This document shows, piece after piece, positions 43,790 through 53,441 of a stretch of 64,000 nt of DNA. The notes under the pieces were generated by a model that did not search any database, was not told where the DNA came from, and saw only the letters and a list, made by a program, of their open reading frames with translations. Position 1 is the first letter of the stretch. Each line of letters starts with the position of its first letter. This stretch comes from Clostridia bacterium (lineage in GTDB: Bacteria > Bacillota > Clostridia > Oscillospirales > CAG-272): positions 24,278-88,277 of the forward strand of contig JAGAPG010000030.1 in the NCBI GenBank assembly GCA_017623355.1. The letters run 5' to 3'. A program made the position numbers and the translations under genes.

Positions 43790-46691
43790 TTTGGAAATAG
43801 CCCGTCCATGGATGTTCCTGGTAGCGATACCGTTTATAATCTTGGCGATAATTCCGTTTTTAAGACTTCGTAAGGGAAGAAAGCTTGCTGTTAAAAGAAT
43901 AGTTCCTCTTATTATAACGGTTTTGCTTATTGCTCTTATAGCAACTCTTCTTGCTGATATAACGATAGTTGAAACGACTGCAGCACCCGAGGAAACGGAT
44001 GTAGTTATTCTTGTTGATATGTCAGAGAGTAATGCTGCTATGAAGGATGAAATGAACGAATATATAAAATCGATCCATGAAGCGGCTGATGAGCATACCA
44101 AAATAGGTCTTATAGTATTTGCAGATAATACATATAAGATAAGCGATATAGAAAAGCCTGAGATCAAAAACGATTATCTTGATTTTGAGGACGGAGAAAT
44201 AGAGAAATCAAATACTGACATTGAGGAGGCTATTACCAAATCGGTAGAGCTCTTTAAGAATCAGTATGCTAATAAGCGCGTGCTTCTTATCTCTGACGGA
44301 AGAAACACGACGCAAACGAACCCTTGGGGAGCAGCAAGAACTCTTTATCAAAAGGGAATCACTCTTGATGCAAAATATTTTGATATAGTTGATTCCAATA
44401 ATAAAGAGGTTCAGATAACCTCACTTGTAGCTGAAACAAAGAATGATTCATCTAAAGAGGTTAATATAAGAGTTGAATTTATGAGCACCAAGGATGCCAT
44501 AGGCGACGTGCTTTTGTACGAGGTTAAGAAAACCGAGGACGGAAAGACCGAGGAAAAGCTCATAAAGAAGTTTGAAGATGTAAGATTTGAGGAAAACGAT
44601 ACCCAGGCTCTTACTTATGACGGATACGTTGCAAGCGGAGCAGGCATACATTCAATGTATGCAATCGTTGATCTTGCCGATGATACAATAGAGCAAAACA
44701 ATAAGCTGTATTCGTGGTTCCAAATACCCGGAGAAGCAAAAATGCTTATTATCGACGGTGATGACGGATCAAAGTTTACTCAAGCTGACAGAATTGCCGA
44801 AATGATTAAGCAAGAGGGCTATGAGGTAGATGTTCTTGAAACCTCAGACTTTCCTGAAACGATGGAGGAGCTTCTTGAATATGATCAAATAGCTCTTATG
44901 AATATCGATTTTACTGAGCTTCCCGCTAATGCAACGGATCATATCGAAAGATATGTTTCGGAGCTCGGCAGAGGACTTTTCTACAGCGCAGGCGGACATA
45001 GCTATGCTAACTCTGAATTTGCCGAAAACCCGATAGCAAGCATTTTGCCTATCGAGCTTAAAATTGAGGTAATTAAGGAAAAGGTAGCTACGGTTATAGC
45101 GGTTGACCTTTCTTCATCAATGGGTCAAAGCGTTGGTGAAACAAAGGCTAATGGCGAACAAAAGACACGTTACGATATGGTCCTTGAGGGAGTTATTGCT
45201 TGTATAGATCAAATGAACCCCGAGGATTACGTAGGCGTGGTAGTATTCTGGGGTAATGCTCCAAGCGATCCTGTAGTTCCTCTTACAGAGGTTGCAGAAA
45301 AGGAATGGATCAAGGAGCAGATAGAAACTAAGTTTGAAAGCTATTTCTATAAGCACGACTCTCAGGGAAATAGACTTACCGGCGGAAATCCTAAGGATGC
45401 AAACGGATATACGATAGGAGTACAGGGTACTAACTATACAAACGGTATCAATGCGGGTAAGAAATTGCTTTCCGAAACAGATGCAGAGCTTCGTCAGTTT
45501 ATATTTATTTCAGACGGTGAGCCTGCTGACTTGGATTCAGGTTACGATACAACTATTAAGGCGATGTATCGTTCCGGTATTTTGACATCAACCATCTGTA
45601 TAGGAAACGATTCATCTAATGCTATAAATGAGCTTAGACTTTTGGCGGATTACGGCGGAGGATCATTCAGATCTGTTACAACGACTCTTGATCTTAGCGG
45701 ATCACTTTTTGAATATGTAGAAAGTGTCGTTGGAGATTATGTAAACGAAAAGGAATTTCAACCGCATATTCAATCAAACGAATCGGCAATATTCCAAAAT
45801 GTATCGGTAGTTAATGCTCTTCCGACGCTTAACGGATATTACGGTACGACAGTAAAGGAAGGCGCTATGATGGTAATTTCTGCGGACGATAAGCACCGTC
45901 CGATAGTAGCTGAATGGCAGCCGACCGATACCAAGGGATATGTTACTGTATATATGAGTGACCTTAGTGAGCAAACTGACTGGTCGGAAAATTGGTATGA
46001 TGATCCCAATACAGCTATTCTTATAAAAAATATCGTAATGAACTCCTTTGTTGCGCTTGAAAAGGCAGTAGACAAGAGTGGACTTGAGGTAGAATCAGAA
46101 AGAACAGGCGATAAAACGACCGTTACAGTTGAAATGGTCAAGAGATTGCGCTATATAGATGACGCAAAGCAGGAAAAGCTTATTCTCGAATATATCGCTC
46201 CTGACGGAACAGTTCATACGACTGATGAAGCCGGAGATGAGCTTGAGCTTGCAGCCGTAGCTAATAAGAAATACAGAATAACTATAGATACTCCCGATCA
46301 GACGGGAATGTATAAAATAACAGTTAAGCTTGTCACAAACGACGGTAAAAATCAGCTTATTGATATAGCTCAATCTGCAGTCGTTGGCTTCTACGAGGAT
46401 GAATACGACGTGTTCAACCTTGAGAAGAATGAGAGCATAGGCGAGGATTTGCTTGTAAACCTTGCAAGAACAGGCGGAGGACAAATGATGGATGACGCAG
46501 AAGCCTTCTACGCCAACTTCAAAAAGCCTGACTTTGTTGAATATAAGCATTCACCTGTATATTGGCTTATTGCAGCTATAATTCTTCTTTTTGTGCTTGG
46601 AATAGTATTCCGCCATGTAAAGACGAGAAAGCAAAAGCAAGCAGAAGAAATGACGGACGAGGAGCAGATTCTTTCAATGCGCGGACGTTAA
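43779..46691 (+). CDS. large membrane protein with a BatA_N-like N-terminus, two VWA domains, a central amidotransferase-like region and a C-terminal TM
   Basis: MIDAS motifs VDMSES and VDLSSS, a central MLIIDGDDG block, and a C-terminal YWLIAAIILLFVLGIVF. 11-nt overlap with the upstream gene. Confidence 0.75.
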   Translation: MNFNLEIARPWMFLVAIPFIILAIIPFLRLRKGRKLAVKRIVPLIITVLLIALIATLLADITIVETTAAPEETDVVILVDMSESNAAMKDEMNEYIKSIHEAADEHTKIGLIVFADNTYKISDIEKPEIKNDYLDFEDGEIEKSNTDIEEAITKSVELFKNQYANKRVLLISDGRNTTQTNPWGAARTLYQKGITLDAKYFDIVDSNNKEVQITSLVAETKNDSSKEVNIRVEFMSTKDAIGDVLLYEVKKTEDGKTEEKLIKKFEDVRFEENDTQALTYDGYVASGAGIHSMYAIVDLADDTIEQNNKLYSWFQIPGEAKMLIIDGDDGSKFTQADRIAEMIKQEGYEVDVLETSDFPETMEELLEYDQIALMNIDFTELPANATDHIERYVSELGRGLFYSAGGHSYANSEFAENPIASILPIELKIEVIKEKVATVIAVDLSSSMGQSVGETKANGEQKTRYDMVLEGVIACIDQMNPEDYVGVVVFWGNAPSDPVVPLTEVAEKEWIKEQIETKFESYFYKHDSQGNRLTGGNPKDANGYTIGVQGTNYTNGINAGKKLLSETDAELRQFIFISDGEPADLDSGYDTTIKAMYRSGILTSTICIGNDSSNAINELRLLADYGGGSFRSVTTTLDLSGSLFEYVESVVGDYVNEKEFQPHIQSNESAIFQNVSVVNALPTLNGYYGTTVKEGAMMVISADDKHRPIVAEWQPTDTKGYVTVYMSDLSEQTDWSENWYDDPNTAILIKNIVMNSFVALEKAVDKSGLEVESERTGDKTTVTVEMVKRLRYIDDAKQEKLILEYIAPDGTVHTTDEAGDELELAAVANKKYRITIDTPDQTGMYKITVKLVTNDGKNQLIDIAQSAVVGFYEDEYDVFNLEKNESIGEDLLVNLARTGGGQMMDDAEAFYANFKKPDFVEYKHSPVYWLIAAIILLFVLGIVFRHVKTRKQKQAEEMTDEEQILSMRGR

Positions 46692-46710
46692 TTGCGAATT
46701 TACTAAAAAC

Positions 46711-46742
46711 AAAAAGCAGAGATTTAAAAATCTCTGCTTTTT
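46711..46742. terminator. bidirectional intrinsic terminator
   Basis: Stem GCAGAGAT/ATCTCTGC with flanking A-run and T-run. Confidence 0.8.
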
Positions 46743-47319
46743 ATTGTATATAAGATAATTGTTTTTCTATTTCCTTTTTTGAATATAGGATGTTTATTGC
46801 GCTAAGCATAGCGTTTGCACTCATGTTTTCGGGCAGCTCAAGCGAACGAAGGAGATTTGCACGTAGTGTCGAGCTATCACTTTTTCCGGAAAGACCGTAA
46901 GCATAAAGATCTGCTTTTGTAATAGGATCGGAATTTTCCTTTTCACAAGCATCGCAGGAAAATGGCTCAAGAAGCTTTATAAGAGAGTCAGCCTCAATTC
47001 CTTCAACTCCTAAAAATCCCTCGCGTGACGCCTCTCTTTTGCGTTTTTCCTTGCCTTCGATTCTTGGTGTGTAAAGATTTATAATTTTATCGGCGGAAAC
47101 GGCTCTTTTGATATACGAGCGAATAAGATGCCCGGCGCCGTCAGAATCAGTTAAGAGAATTATTTTTCCCTTTTCGGCAAGCTTTCTTATAAGAGAAAGC
47201 TTTTCCTCGTGATTGAATACGGAAAAACCATCGGTTGTGATTATAGTAGCTTCAAAAAGAGAGGAAAGCTTTATTTTGTCGTATTTACCCTCTACGATTA
47301 TAGGATATCTGATCTTCAT
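46741..47319 (-). CDS. Toprim-domain protein (RNase M5-like / DUF4093-like)
   Basis: IIVEGKYDKIKL and LLTDSDGAGHLIR Toprim acidic motifs. 192 aa. Confidence 0.55.
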   Translation of the reverse strand: MKIRYPIIVEGKYDKIKLSSLFEATIITTDGFSVFNHEEKLSLIRKLAEKGKIILLTDSDGAGHLIRSYIKRAVSADKIINLYTPRIEGKEKRKREASREGFLGVEGIEADSLIKLLEPFSCDACEKENSDPITKADLYAYGLSGKSDSSTLRANLLRSLELPENMSANAMLSAINILYSKKEIEKQLSYIQ

Positions 47320-47323
47320 TTAC

Positions 47324-48355
47324 TTAAAGAGCACAAAGAGTGCTCACAAGCCTTTCTACAGCAATATATGATGAAACATTAGAGTACGATTTTGATTTAA
47401 GATCGGCATCTCTGCAAAGCTCAAGCGCGCGCTCAATACGCGCAGGGGATGTTCTTGCGATCTTAGCGAGATATTTTCCAACCTTAAATTCGTGTATTTT
47501 TAAGGATGAAGCTATCTTATCCTTGGGAGTGCCAAGCGCATTAAGACGCGATACTGCATAGATTTCTGTGTACATTCTGACGATGGAAGCAAGAATAATA
47601 TTTGCAGGCTCGTGATTTAATTTTTGGCGTCTTAAGGTTTCAAAAACAAAATCCTTTGATCCGCTTAAAAGAGCGTTGGTAAGTTGAAAATCATCGTATT
47701 CTATGGTCTTACAGCAGATCTTATCAATATCGTCCTTTGTAAGAACGGATAAATTATTGAATTTTGCGTAAGCGCAAAGCTTTTCTATTTCGTTTGCCAG
47801 ATTCCACATACTGTGACCGCAAATTTCAACGAGATAATCACAAAGGGAAAGATCAAATTTTATCTTGCCCTCGGTAAAGTGCCTGCCTATCCATGAGCGG
47901 AGTCTTGCGCTTGTCGGAAATGAAAATTCCACGGGAGTGAGATATTTGGTCAGCATCTTATATGCGTCGCTTGGACGTGATGGGAGCTTTCCTGCATCGA
48001 AAAGATGCGATTCTGCACGCAAAATAAATACCGTATGATCATATTCGGAAAGAGAAGACAAAACCTCCTCCAGCATACGAAGCTCGTCCTTCTTAAGCGA
48101 TTTGAATTCGAGTGAGCGAAGCTCAACTACTTTTTTTTCAGACATAAGAGGGACAGTGGCAATAGCTGAAAAAAGTGCGCTTGGCGAAAAATCCTCTCCG
48201 TAAAGCACAACGTGATTGAATTCATCAAACGAGCCGTCAAGAATATTCTTTTTTACTTCCTTAGCGTAGGAGAATTTTAAATAATCCTCATCGCCGAAAA
48301 ATAAATATCCGCCGTGAAGATTTTTGAGCTCAGCTCTGAATTCAAGTTCCGTCAT
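47324..48355 (-). CDS. holA: DNA polymerase III subunit delta
   Basis: YLFFGDEDYL N-terminus. The length and helical C-domain are typical of HolA. Confidence 0.75.
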   Translation of the reverse strand: MTELEFRAELKNLHGGYLFFGDEDYLKFSYAKEVKKNILDGSFDEFNHVVLYGEDFSPSALFSAIATVPLMSEKKVVELRSLEFKSLKKDELRMLEEVLSSLSEYDHTVFILRAESHLFDAGKLPSRPSDAYKMLTKYLTPVEFSFPTSARLRSWIGRHFTEGKIKFDLSLCDYLVEICGHSMWNLANEIEKLCAYAKFNNLSVLTKDDIDKICCKTIEYDDFQLTNALLSGSKDFVFETLRRQKLNHEPANIILASIVRMYTEIYAVSRLNALGTPKDKIASSLKIHEFKVGKYLAKIARTSPARIERALELCRDADLKSKSYSNVSSYIAVERLVSTLCAL

Positions 48356-48831
48356 ATTTTTTCGATTTCCATTCTGAAAACTGTTTTTTGAGCGCTTGCA
48401 CCCTTTATTTCGATAAGATATACGATTTCAATATATCCAAGCTCCAAAAGCTTATTGTCTACGCTTTTGGTATAAACACATATTTCAAAGGGCATAAACG
48501 GAGTTTCGTAAACGCAAATAGTGCGATCTCCGGGGATAAATTGCATAACGGTGTTTACCGCACCCTTTCTGGTAAGCAGCACCTCGGATGGATGAGAGGA
48601 TTTAAAGCTTATCACGGTATCGCAGGCGTCGTTCTGATCAGAGATTATCTCTTCGTAAATTACAGATATATCATCTGCATTTTCAATAAGCTCTCCCTGC
48701 ATATATGTTTCTATTGTATCAGCATCAATGTCGTCGGTAAGCGTCATATCAAGCTCAGGAGCAATAGCACCGAAAATAGAGGCCACAGGATATTCCTTTT
48801 GTTTTGTTATCGTTTTTATTTTACAGTTCAT
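48352..48831 (-). CDS. small beta-rich protein, possibly DUF1934 (YwiB-like)
   Basis: 159 aa, with alternating beta-strand pattern and translationally coupled overlaps on both sides. The family call is tentative. Confidence 0.4.
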   Translation of the reverse strand: MNCKIKTITKQKEYPVASIFGAIAPELDMTLTDDIDADTIETYMQGELIENADDISVIYEEIISDQNDACDTVISFKSSHPSEVLLTRKGAVNTVMQFIPGDRTICVYETPFMPFEICVYTKSVDNKLLELGYIEIVYLIEIKGASAQKTVFRMEIEKI

Positions 48832-49685
48832 TTTATTATAAGCTCCGGTAATTTAACGCTTACGCGTGTGTTTTCTGCAACGCTTTCTGTTATGAATGAG
48901 TTACCGCCTATTATAGCCCCCTCGCCAATAACGGTTTCGCCACCGAGGATAGATGCGCCGGAATAAATAGTAACATTATCCTTAACGGTAGGATGACGCT
49001 TAACGCCTGAAAGCACCTGACCTTTTCTTGGAGAAAGTGCGCCGAGAGTAACGCCCTGATAAAGCTTTACGTGCTTTCCAATGACGGTAGTTTCACCGAT
49101 AACGACGCCTGTACCGTGGTCTATAAAGAAATATTCGTCAATTTCAGCGCCCGGATTTATATCAATACCGGTAAGACCGTGGGCGTATTCTGTCATCATT
49201 CTCGGAATAAACGGAATCTTCAAAAGATAGAGCAAATGTGCTACCCTGTATACGAAAATCGCGAAAAATCCGGGATATGAAAAGACGATTTCCTCTTTAC
49301 TTTGGGCAGCAGGGTCGCCCTCGAAGGTTGCTTGCGCATCTGTAAGAAGCGTTTTGTGAGTTTTGGGTAATGCTTCTACAAATTCAGAAGCGAGCTTTCC
49401 TGCCTCGTCAAGAATATTTTTCTTTTCCTTAAAGGAAAGCGCGTGCGCGATCTGCTTTTTTATTTTGAAGTAGATTGCGTTTATAAGTGGCTCGGCAAAG
49501 CATTGAGCACTTTCGTTTGAATCAAACGACGCAAAATATGCAGGAAACATAAGCTTTTTTATATCATTCAAAATATCAATAACCGCATCTCTGTCGGGCA
49601 GAGTAAAATCACTTTCAAACATAGTGATCTCGGATTTAGCATATGAATCAGCCATTTCTTTGGCTATTTTGTCAAAAGTTTTCAT
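48828..49685 (-). CDS. cysE: serine O-acetyltransferase (long EpsC/CysE type)
   Basis: Left-handed beta-helix hexapeptide region GIDINPGAEIDEYFFIDHGTGVVIGETTVIGKHVKLYQGVTLG. Confidence 0.8.
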   Translation of the reverse strand: MKTFDKIAKEMADSYAKSEITMFESDFTLPDRDAVIDILNDIKKLMFPAYFASFDSNESAQCFAEPLINAIYFKIKKQIAHALSFKEKKNILDEAGKLASEFVEALPKTHKTLLTDAQATFEGDPAAQSKEEIVFSYPGFFAIFVYRVAHLLYLLKIPFIPRMMTEYAHGLTGIDINPGAEIDEYFFIDHGTGVVIGETTVIGKHVKLYQGVTLGALSPRKGQVLSGVKRHPTVKDNVTIYSGASILGGETVIGEGAIIGGNSFITESVAENTRVSVKLPELIIK

Positions 49686-49738
49686 AAAGCCTCCATAAAG
49701 TGATAAAAGAATATATATCTAAATGATACCACAACCGA

Positions 49739-49767
49739 TTGAAAATATCAAGAAATTGTGATATAAT
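49739..49767 (+). promoter_or_regulatory. sigma-A type promoter (extended -10) for the phosphatase gene
   Basis: TTGAAA (49739-49744), 17-nt spacer, TGA-TATAAT (hexamer 49762-49767). Confidence 0.55.
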
Positions 49768-49800
49768 TTTATTAAATAAAGTAAAAAAGAGAGAAAATCT

Positions 49801-50592
49801 ATGAAAATTTATCTTGAAGGCTGCAAAAATGCGCGTGATCTTGGCGGATTTTTAACCAAGGACAAAAAAAGAATAAAATTCAAGCGCATATTGCGTACGG
49901 GCAATCTTTCGCTTCTTACAGAACGCGATGTTGAAATATTAAGATCTTATGATCTCAAAAAGGTAATCGATATGCGTACGCAAACCGTTATAAATGCAAC
50001 ACCGAATGTACAAATAGATGGAGTTGAATATATACACATTCCGATAGTTCGTGAGCTTGATACAAAGCCTGTTAGTAAAAACGATTATAGCAGTCGACCT
50101 ATCGCCGAGATACTTCTTGATTTCTGTCTTGATTTTAACGGACACGGAATAGAGTGGATGATAAATTTTTATAATGATCTTATATCTCCTTACGGACTTA
50201 GTAAATATAAAATATTTTTGGACATTTTAAAGGAAAATGTCGAGGGGAGTGTCGCGTTTCACTGCACTGCAGGCAAGGATAGGACTGGAGTAGGCGCTAT
50301 ACTTCTGCTTACACTCCTTGGCGTTTCAAGAGAGGATATACTTAACGACTATTTAAAAACCAATGAAAGCGTTTGCGATGATATTCAAAAGACAGTTGCT
50401 CTTGCGAAAGAGCGCGGAGTTGATGATATCACTGTTCACGACATCCCGTATCTTAACGGAGTTGATAAAATGTACGCACAGATCGTTTTTTCACTTATTG
50501 ATAATTATTCAAACGTTGAAGAATTTTTTCTTGATAAAATGGGCATAGATGAGCAATATATAAAGGATTTCAAAAGCAATTATCTTGAGTAA
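49801..50592 (+). CDS. protein-tyrosine phosphatase (Y_phosphatase3-like)
   Basis: Catalytic loop HCTAGKDRTG (CX5R). Confidence 0.8.
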   Translation: MKIYLEGCKNARDLGGFLTKDKKRIKFKRILRTGNLSLLTERDVEILRSYDLKKVIDMRTQTVINATPNVQIDGVEYIHIPIVRELDTKPVSKNDYSSRPIAEILLDFCLDFNGHGIEWMINFYNDLISPYGLSKYKIFLDILKENVEGSVAFHCTAGKDRTGVGAILLLTLLGVSREDILNDYLKTNESVCDDIQKTVALAKERGVDDITVHDIPYLNGVDKMYAQIVFSLIDNYSNVEEFFLDKMGIDEQYIKDFKSNYLE

Positions 50593-50608
50593 GACTATTA
50601 TATTATAT

Positions 50609-50636
50609 GAAAAGCCTCGACACTGTGTCGAGGCTT
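50609..50636. terminator. bidirectional intrinsic terminator
   Basis: Stem AAGCCTCGACAC/GTGTCGAGGCTT. Confidence 0.8.
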
Positions 50637-50643
50637 TTATATT

Positions 50644-51975
50644 TCATATTTCATCAACGTTATCAAGCTCTAAAAGACTTTTAGCCTCGTCATCGTCAAG
50701 ATACGTGATGTTTTTCAGCTTTCTGTTTATTGCGTTCGTCCTTGTGCCGACAAGTGTTGAGATTTCGTTGCTTGCCTCATCGACCTTTTTCTGCGCCTTT
50801 TGAAGAACTCCTGCGAACTTTTCAAATTCTGTCTTCACAGCGGAGAGCAAGGTGAAAACCTCGCTTGAATGTTTTTGTATTTCAAGTGACTTGAAGCCCA
50901 TTTGAAGTGAGTTGAGAAGCGCGGTAAGCGTTGACGGCCCGGCGATTGATATCTTGAATTCGCGCTGAAGCTCCTCGAAAAGCCCCATATCTATTGCTTC
51001 TATGTAAAGACCCTCAATAGGCAAAAACATTATTGCAAAATCCGTTGTGTTCGGAGGATCTATATATTTTTTTGAAATATCCTTTGCATAAGTCTTTAAC
51101 TTTTGACGAAGCTCCTTTTTTGCCTCGGAAAGCGCATTTTTGTCGCAGTTATCAACAGCATCCTTAATCTTGTAATAGGTTTCAAGCGGGAACTTTGAGT
51201 CAACGGGAAGATATACATATCCGTCATCCTTACCGGGCATCTTGATAGCGAATTCAACAGGATCAGCCGAGCCCTTTCTTGTAACAACATTTTCGTCATA
51301 TTGAGCTTTAGTAAGTATCTCTGAAATGATATTTCCGAGTATCACCTCGCCAACGATACCCTTTGTTTTTACGTTGGTAAGAACTCTGTTAAGAGAGCCG
51401 ACGTCATTAGCAAGTCCCTTTATCTCGCCAATAGTTTTATTAACCTCGCCAATCTGCTTTATAACGTTTTCAAACGAATCCTTTAAGCGCGTGGAGAGTG
51501 TTTGATCGAGCTTTTCATCAACTGTCTTTTGAATACTTTCAAGCTTTTCCGAGTTTTCGCGTCTTAGCTCGGAAAGCTTCAGATCGACTGCTTTTTGAAT
51601 ATTTTCAAGCTTTTCATTTACCGTTTTTTGAACCGTATCGAGCTTTTCCGAGTTTTCACGTCTTAGCTCGGAGAGATTTTTTTCGACAGAGGAGTTCATA
51701 TCGGTAAGCTTGTCCGACAATATTTTTGAAAAATCCTCAAGAGTTATCTTTAAATGCTTTATTTCACTTTCTACTTTTTCAAGGAAAGCGGAATTATTTT
51801 CTTTTAAAGCGTTCAACATATGCGGACTCATCTCTGCAAATGCACCTGAAACAGATTTTCGTATATCCTCGGTGCTTGATTGAGAGGAATCCTTTTTTAT
51901 AAATGATCTCGCAAGCAAAACGCCAACAAGAGAAATTAAGATTATAAGTAAAATAATCGCGATAATATCGAGCAT
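50644..51975 (-). CDS. rmuC: DNA recombination protein RmuC
   Basis: N-terminal TM, a long coiled coil, and a C-terminal nuclease-like domain (FAIMFLPIEGLY). Confidence 0.8.
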   Translation of the reverse strand: MLDIIAIILLIILISLVGVLLARSFIKKDSSQSSTEDIRKSVSGAFAEMSPHMLNALKENNSAFLEKVESEIKHLKITLEDFSKILSDKLTDMNSSVEKNLSELRRENSEKLDTVQKTVNEKLENIQKAVDLKLSELRRENSEKLESIQKTVDEKLDQTLSTRLKDSFENVIKQIGEVNKTIGEIKGLANDVGSLNRVLTNVKTKGIVGEVILGNIISEILTKAQYDENVVTRKGSADPVEFAIKMPGKDDGYVYLPVDSKFPLETYYKIKDAVDNCDKNALSEAKKELRQKLKTYAKDISKKYIDPPNTTDFAIMFLPIEGLYIEAIDMGLFEELQREFKISIAGPSTLTALLNSLQMGFKSLEIQKHSSEVFTLLSAVKTEFEKFAGVLQKAQKKVDEASNEISTLVGTRTNAINRKLKNITYLDDDEAKSLLELDNVDEI

Positions 51976-52116
51976 ACGACCTCCAAAATATAGTTTATAT
52001 ATTTAAGTATATCATTATATCGTGATTTTTTCAAGCAAAGTTAATTTTTTCTTTGAAATTTCTATATATGTGTGGTATACTTATAATGAAAGAAAAAAGC
52101 CACAAAGGAGACAGAT

Positions 52117-52497
52117 ATGGCTAAATACAGACAGAACAGAATAAACGATGCTGTAAAGGAAGAAATGGCACAGATATTGCGTGATGTAAAGGACCCTCGC
52201 ATAGCAGGCGCACTCGTTTCAATTACTGCTGCCGATGTCAGTGCGGATCTTAAATTTGCAAAGATATATTTTTCGGTTATAGGCGGAGAAAAGCAAGAGG
52301 TGTTAAAGGCGCTTAAAAACGCGCAGGGCTTTTTCCGTTCCGAGCTTGCAAAGAGAATAAATTTAAGAATAACTCCGGCACTTACGTTTGAATATGACGG
52401 ATCTGCAGAATACGGAGCTAATATATCAAAGATACTTAGCGGACTTGACATAAAGCCGTACGATGAGGACGAGGAAAATGAAGAAGCTGACGATTGA
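52117..52497 (+). CDS. rbfA: ribosome-binding factor A
   Basis: RINDAVKEEMAQILRDVKDPRI start. 126 aa, in the rbfA-nrnA-truB gene order. Confidence 0.9.
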   Translation: MAKYRQNRINDAVKEEMAQILRDVKDPRIAGALVSITAADVSADLKFAKIYFSVIGGEKQEVLKALKNAQGFFRSELAKRINLRITPALTFEYDGSAEYGANISKILSGLDIKPYDEDEENEEADD

Positions 52498-53440
52498 TCA
52501 GATCGCGCAAAGAATAAAGACACCTAAAAAAACTCTTATACTTTGTCATAAAAATCCCGATCCCGATACGTTGGGATCTGCGTATGCGCTTGCGCACGTT
52601 TTGAATTATTACGGCTCGGAAACGGCAGTTTTGTGCGCTGACGAAGCAAATACAAAGCTTTCGTTTATAACTAACGGCGAAAAAATAAAGGAAACAAACG
52701 CTTCCGGATACGAGCGTATCGTCGCCGTTGACGTTGCTTCGCCATCACAGCTTGGCGCGCATGAGGAAATGGCGGATAAGGTTGATTTTACGATAGATCA
52801 CCACGAGATGAACACGCGCTTTTCCGATTATTATGAGGACTTTTGCGCCGCTTGTGCTCAAATAATTTATGATATATCCGTTTATCTCGGAATTTTTGAC
52901 AAGCTTCCAAAGCATTTTTATGAATGTGTATATGCCGGAATTTCGGGGGATACGGGTTGCTTTAAGTATTCAAATTCAACACCAAGTGTGTATGTGTGCG
53001 CTTCGAGGCTTGTTGAAAAAGGAATAGATATTGCTGAGATAAACAGAATAATATTCGATTCAAAAACGATGGGCGAGATACGTGCGGCTAAAGTAACTTA
53101 TGAGAATATGAAGCTTCTTTGTGACGGAAGGCTCGCTGTTATAATGATAACTGATGATATGAAAAGGAAAGCATCTCTCACGAATGACGATATAGGAGAT
53201 ATTGTGAATCTCGTACGACAAATAGAGGGAGTTTCAATAGCTGTTTCTATAAAGCAATCGGATAAGGATTTATCGAAATTTACAATATCATCGCGTTCAA
53301 ACGCAGAGGCAGACGTTTCCGAGATTTGTGCAAGGCTCGGTGGCGGAGGACACAAAAAGGCATCAGGCGCATCTTTAGTTGCAGGTACGCCAAGCGAGGC
53401 GCTGGATACTGTCATAAAGCTTTTTTCGGAGGCGCTTTGA
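52478..53440 (+). CDS. nrnA: DHH/DHHA1 phosphoesterase (NrnA-like oligoribonuclease / pAp phosphatase)
   Basis: Motifs HKNPDPDTLGS, DHH (IDHHE) and GGGGHKKASG. Confidence 0.8.
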   Translation: MKKLTIDQIAQRIKTPKKTLILCHKNPDPDTLGSAYALAHVLNYYGSETAVLCADEANTKLSFITNGEKIKETNASGYERIVAVDVASPSQLGAHEEMADKVDFTIDHHEMNTRFSDYYEDFCAACAQIIYDISVYLGIFDKLPKHFYECVYAGISGDTGCFKYSNSTPSVYVCASRLVEKGIDIAEINRIIFDSKTMGEIRAAKVTYENMKLLCDGRLAVIMITDDMKRKASLTNDDIGDIVNLVRQIEGVSIAVSIKQSDKDLSKFTISSRSNAEADVSEICARLGGGGHKKASGASLVAGTPSEALDTVIKLFSEAL

Positions 53441-53441
53441 T

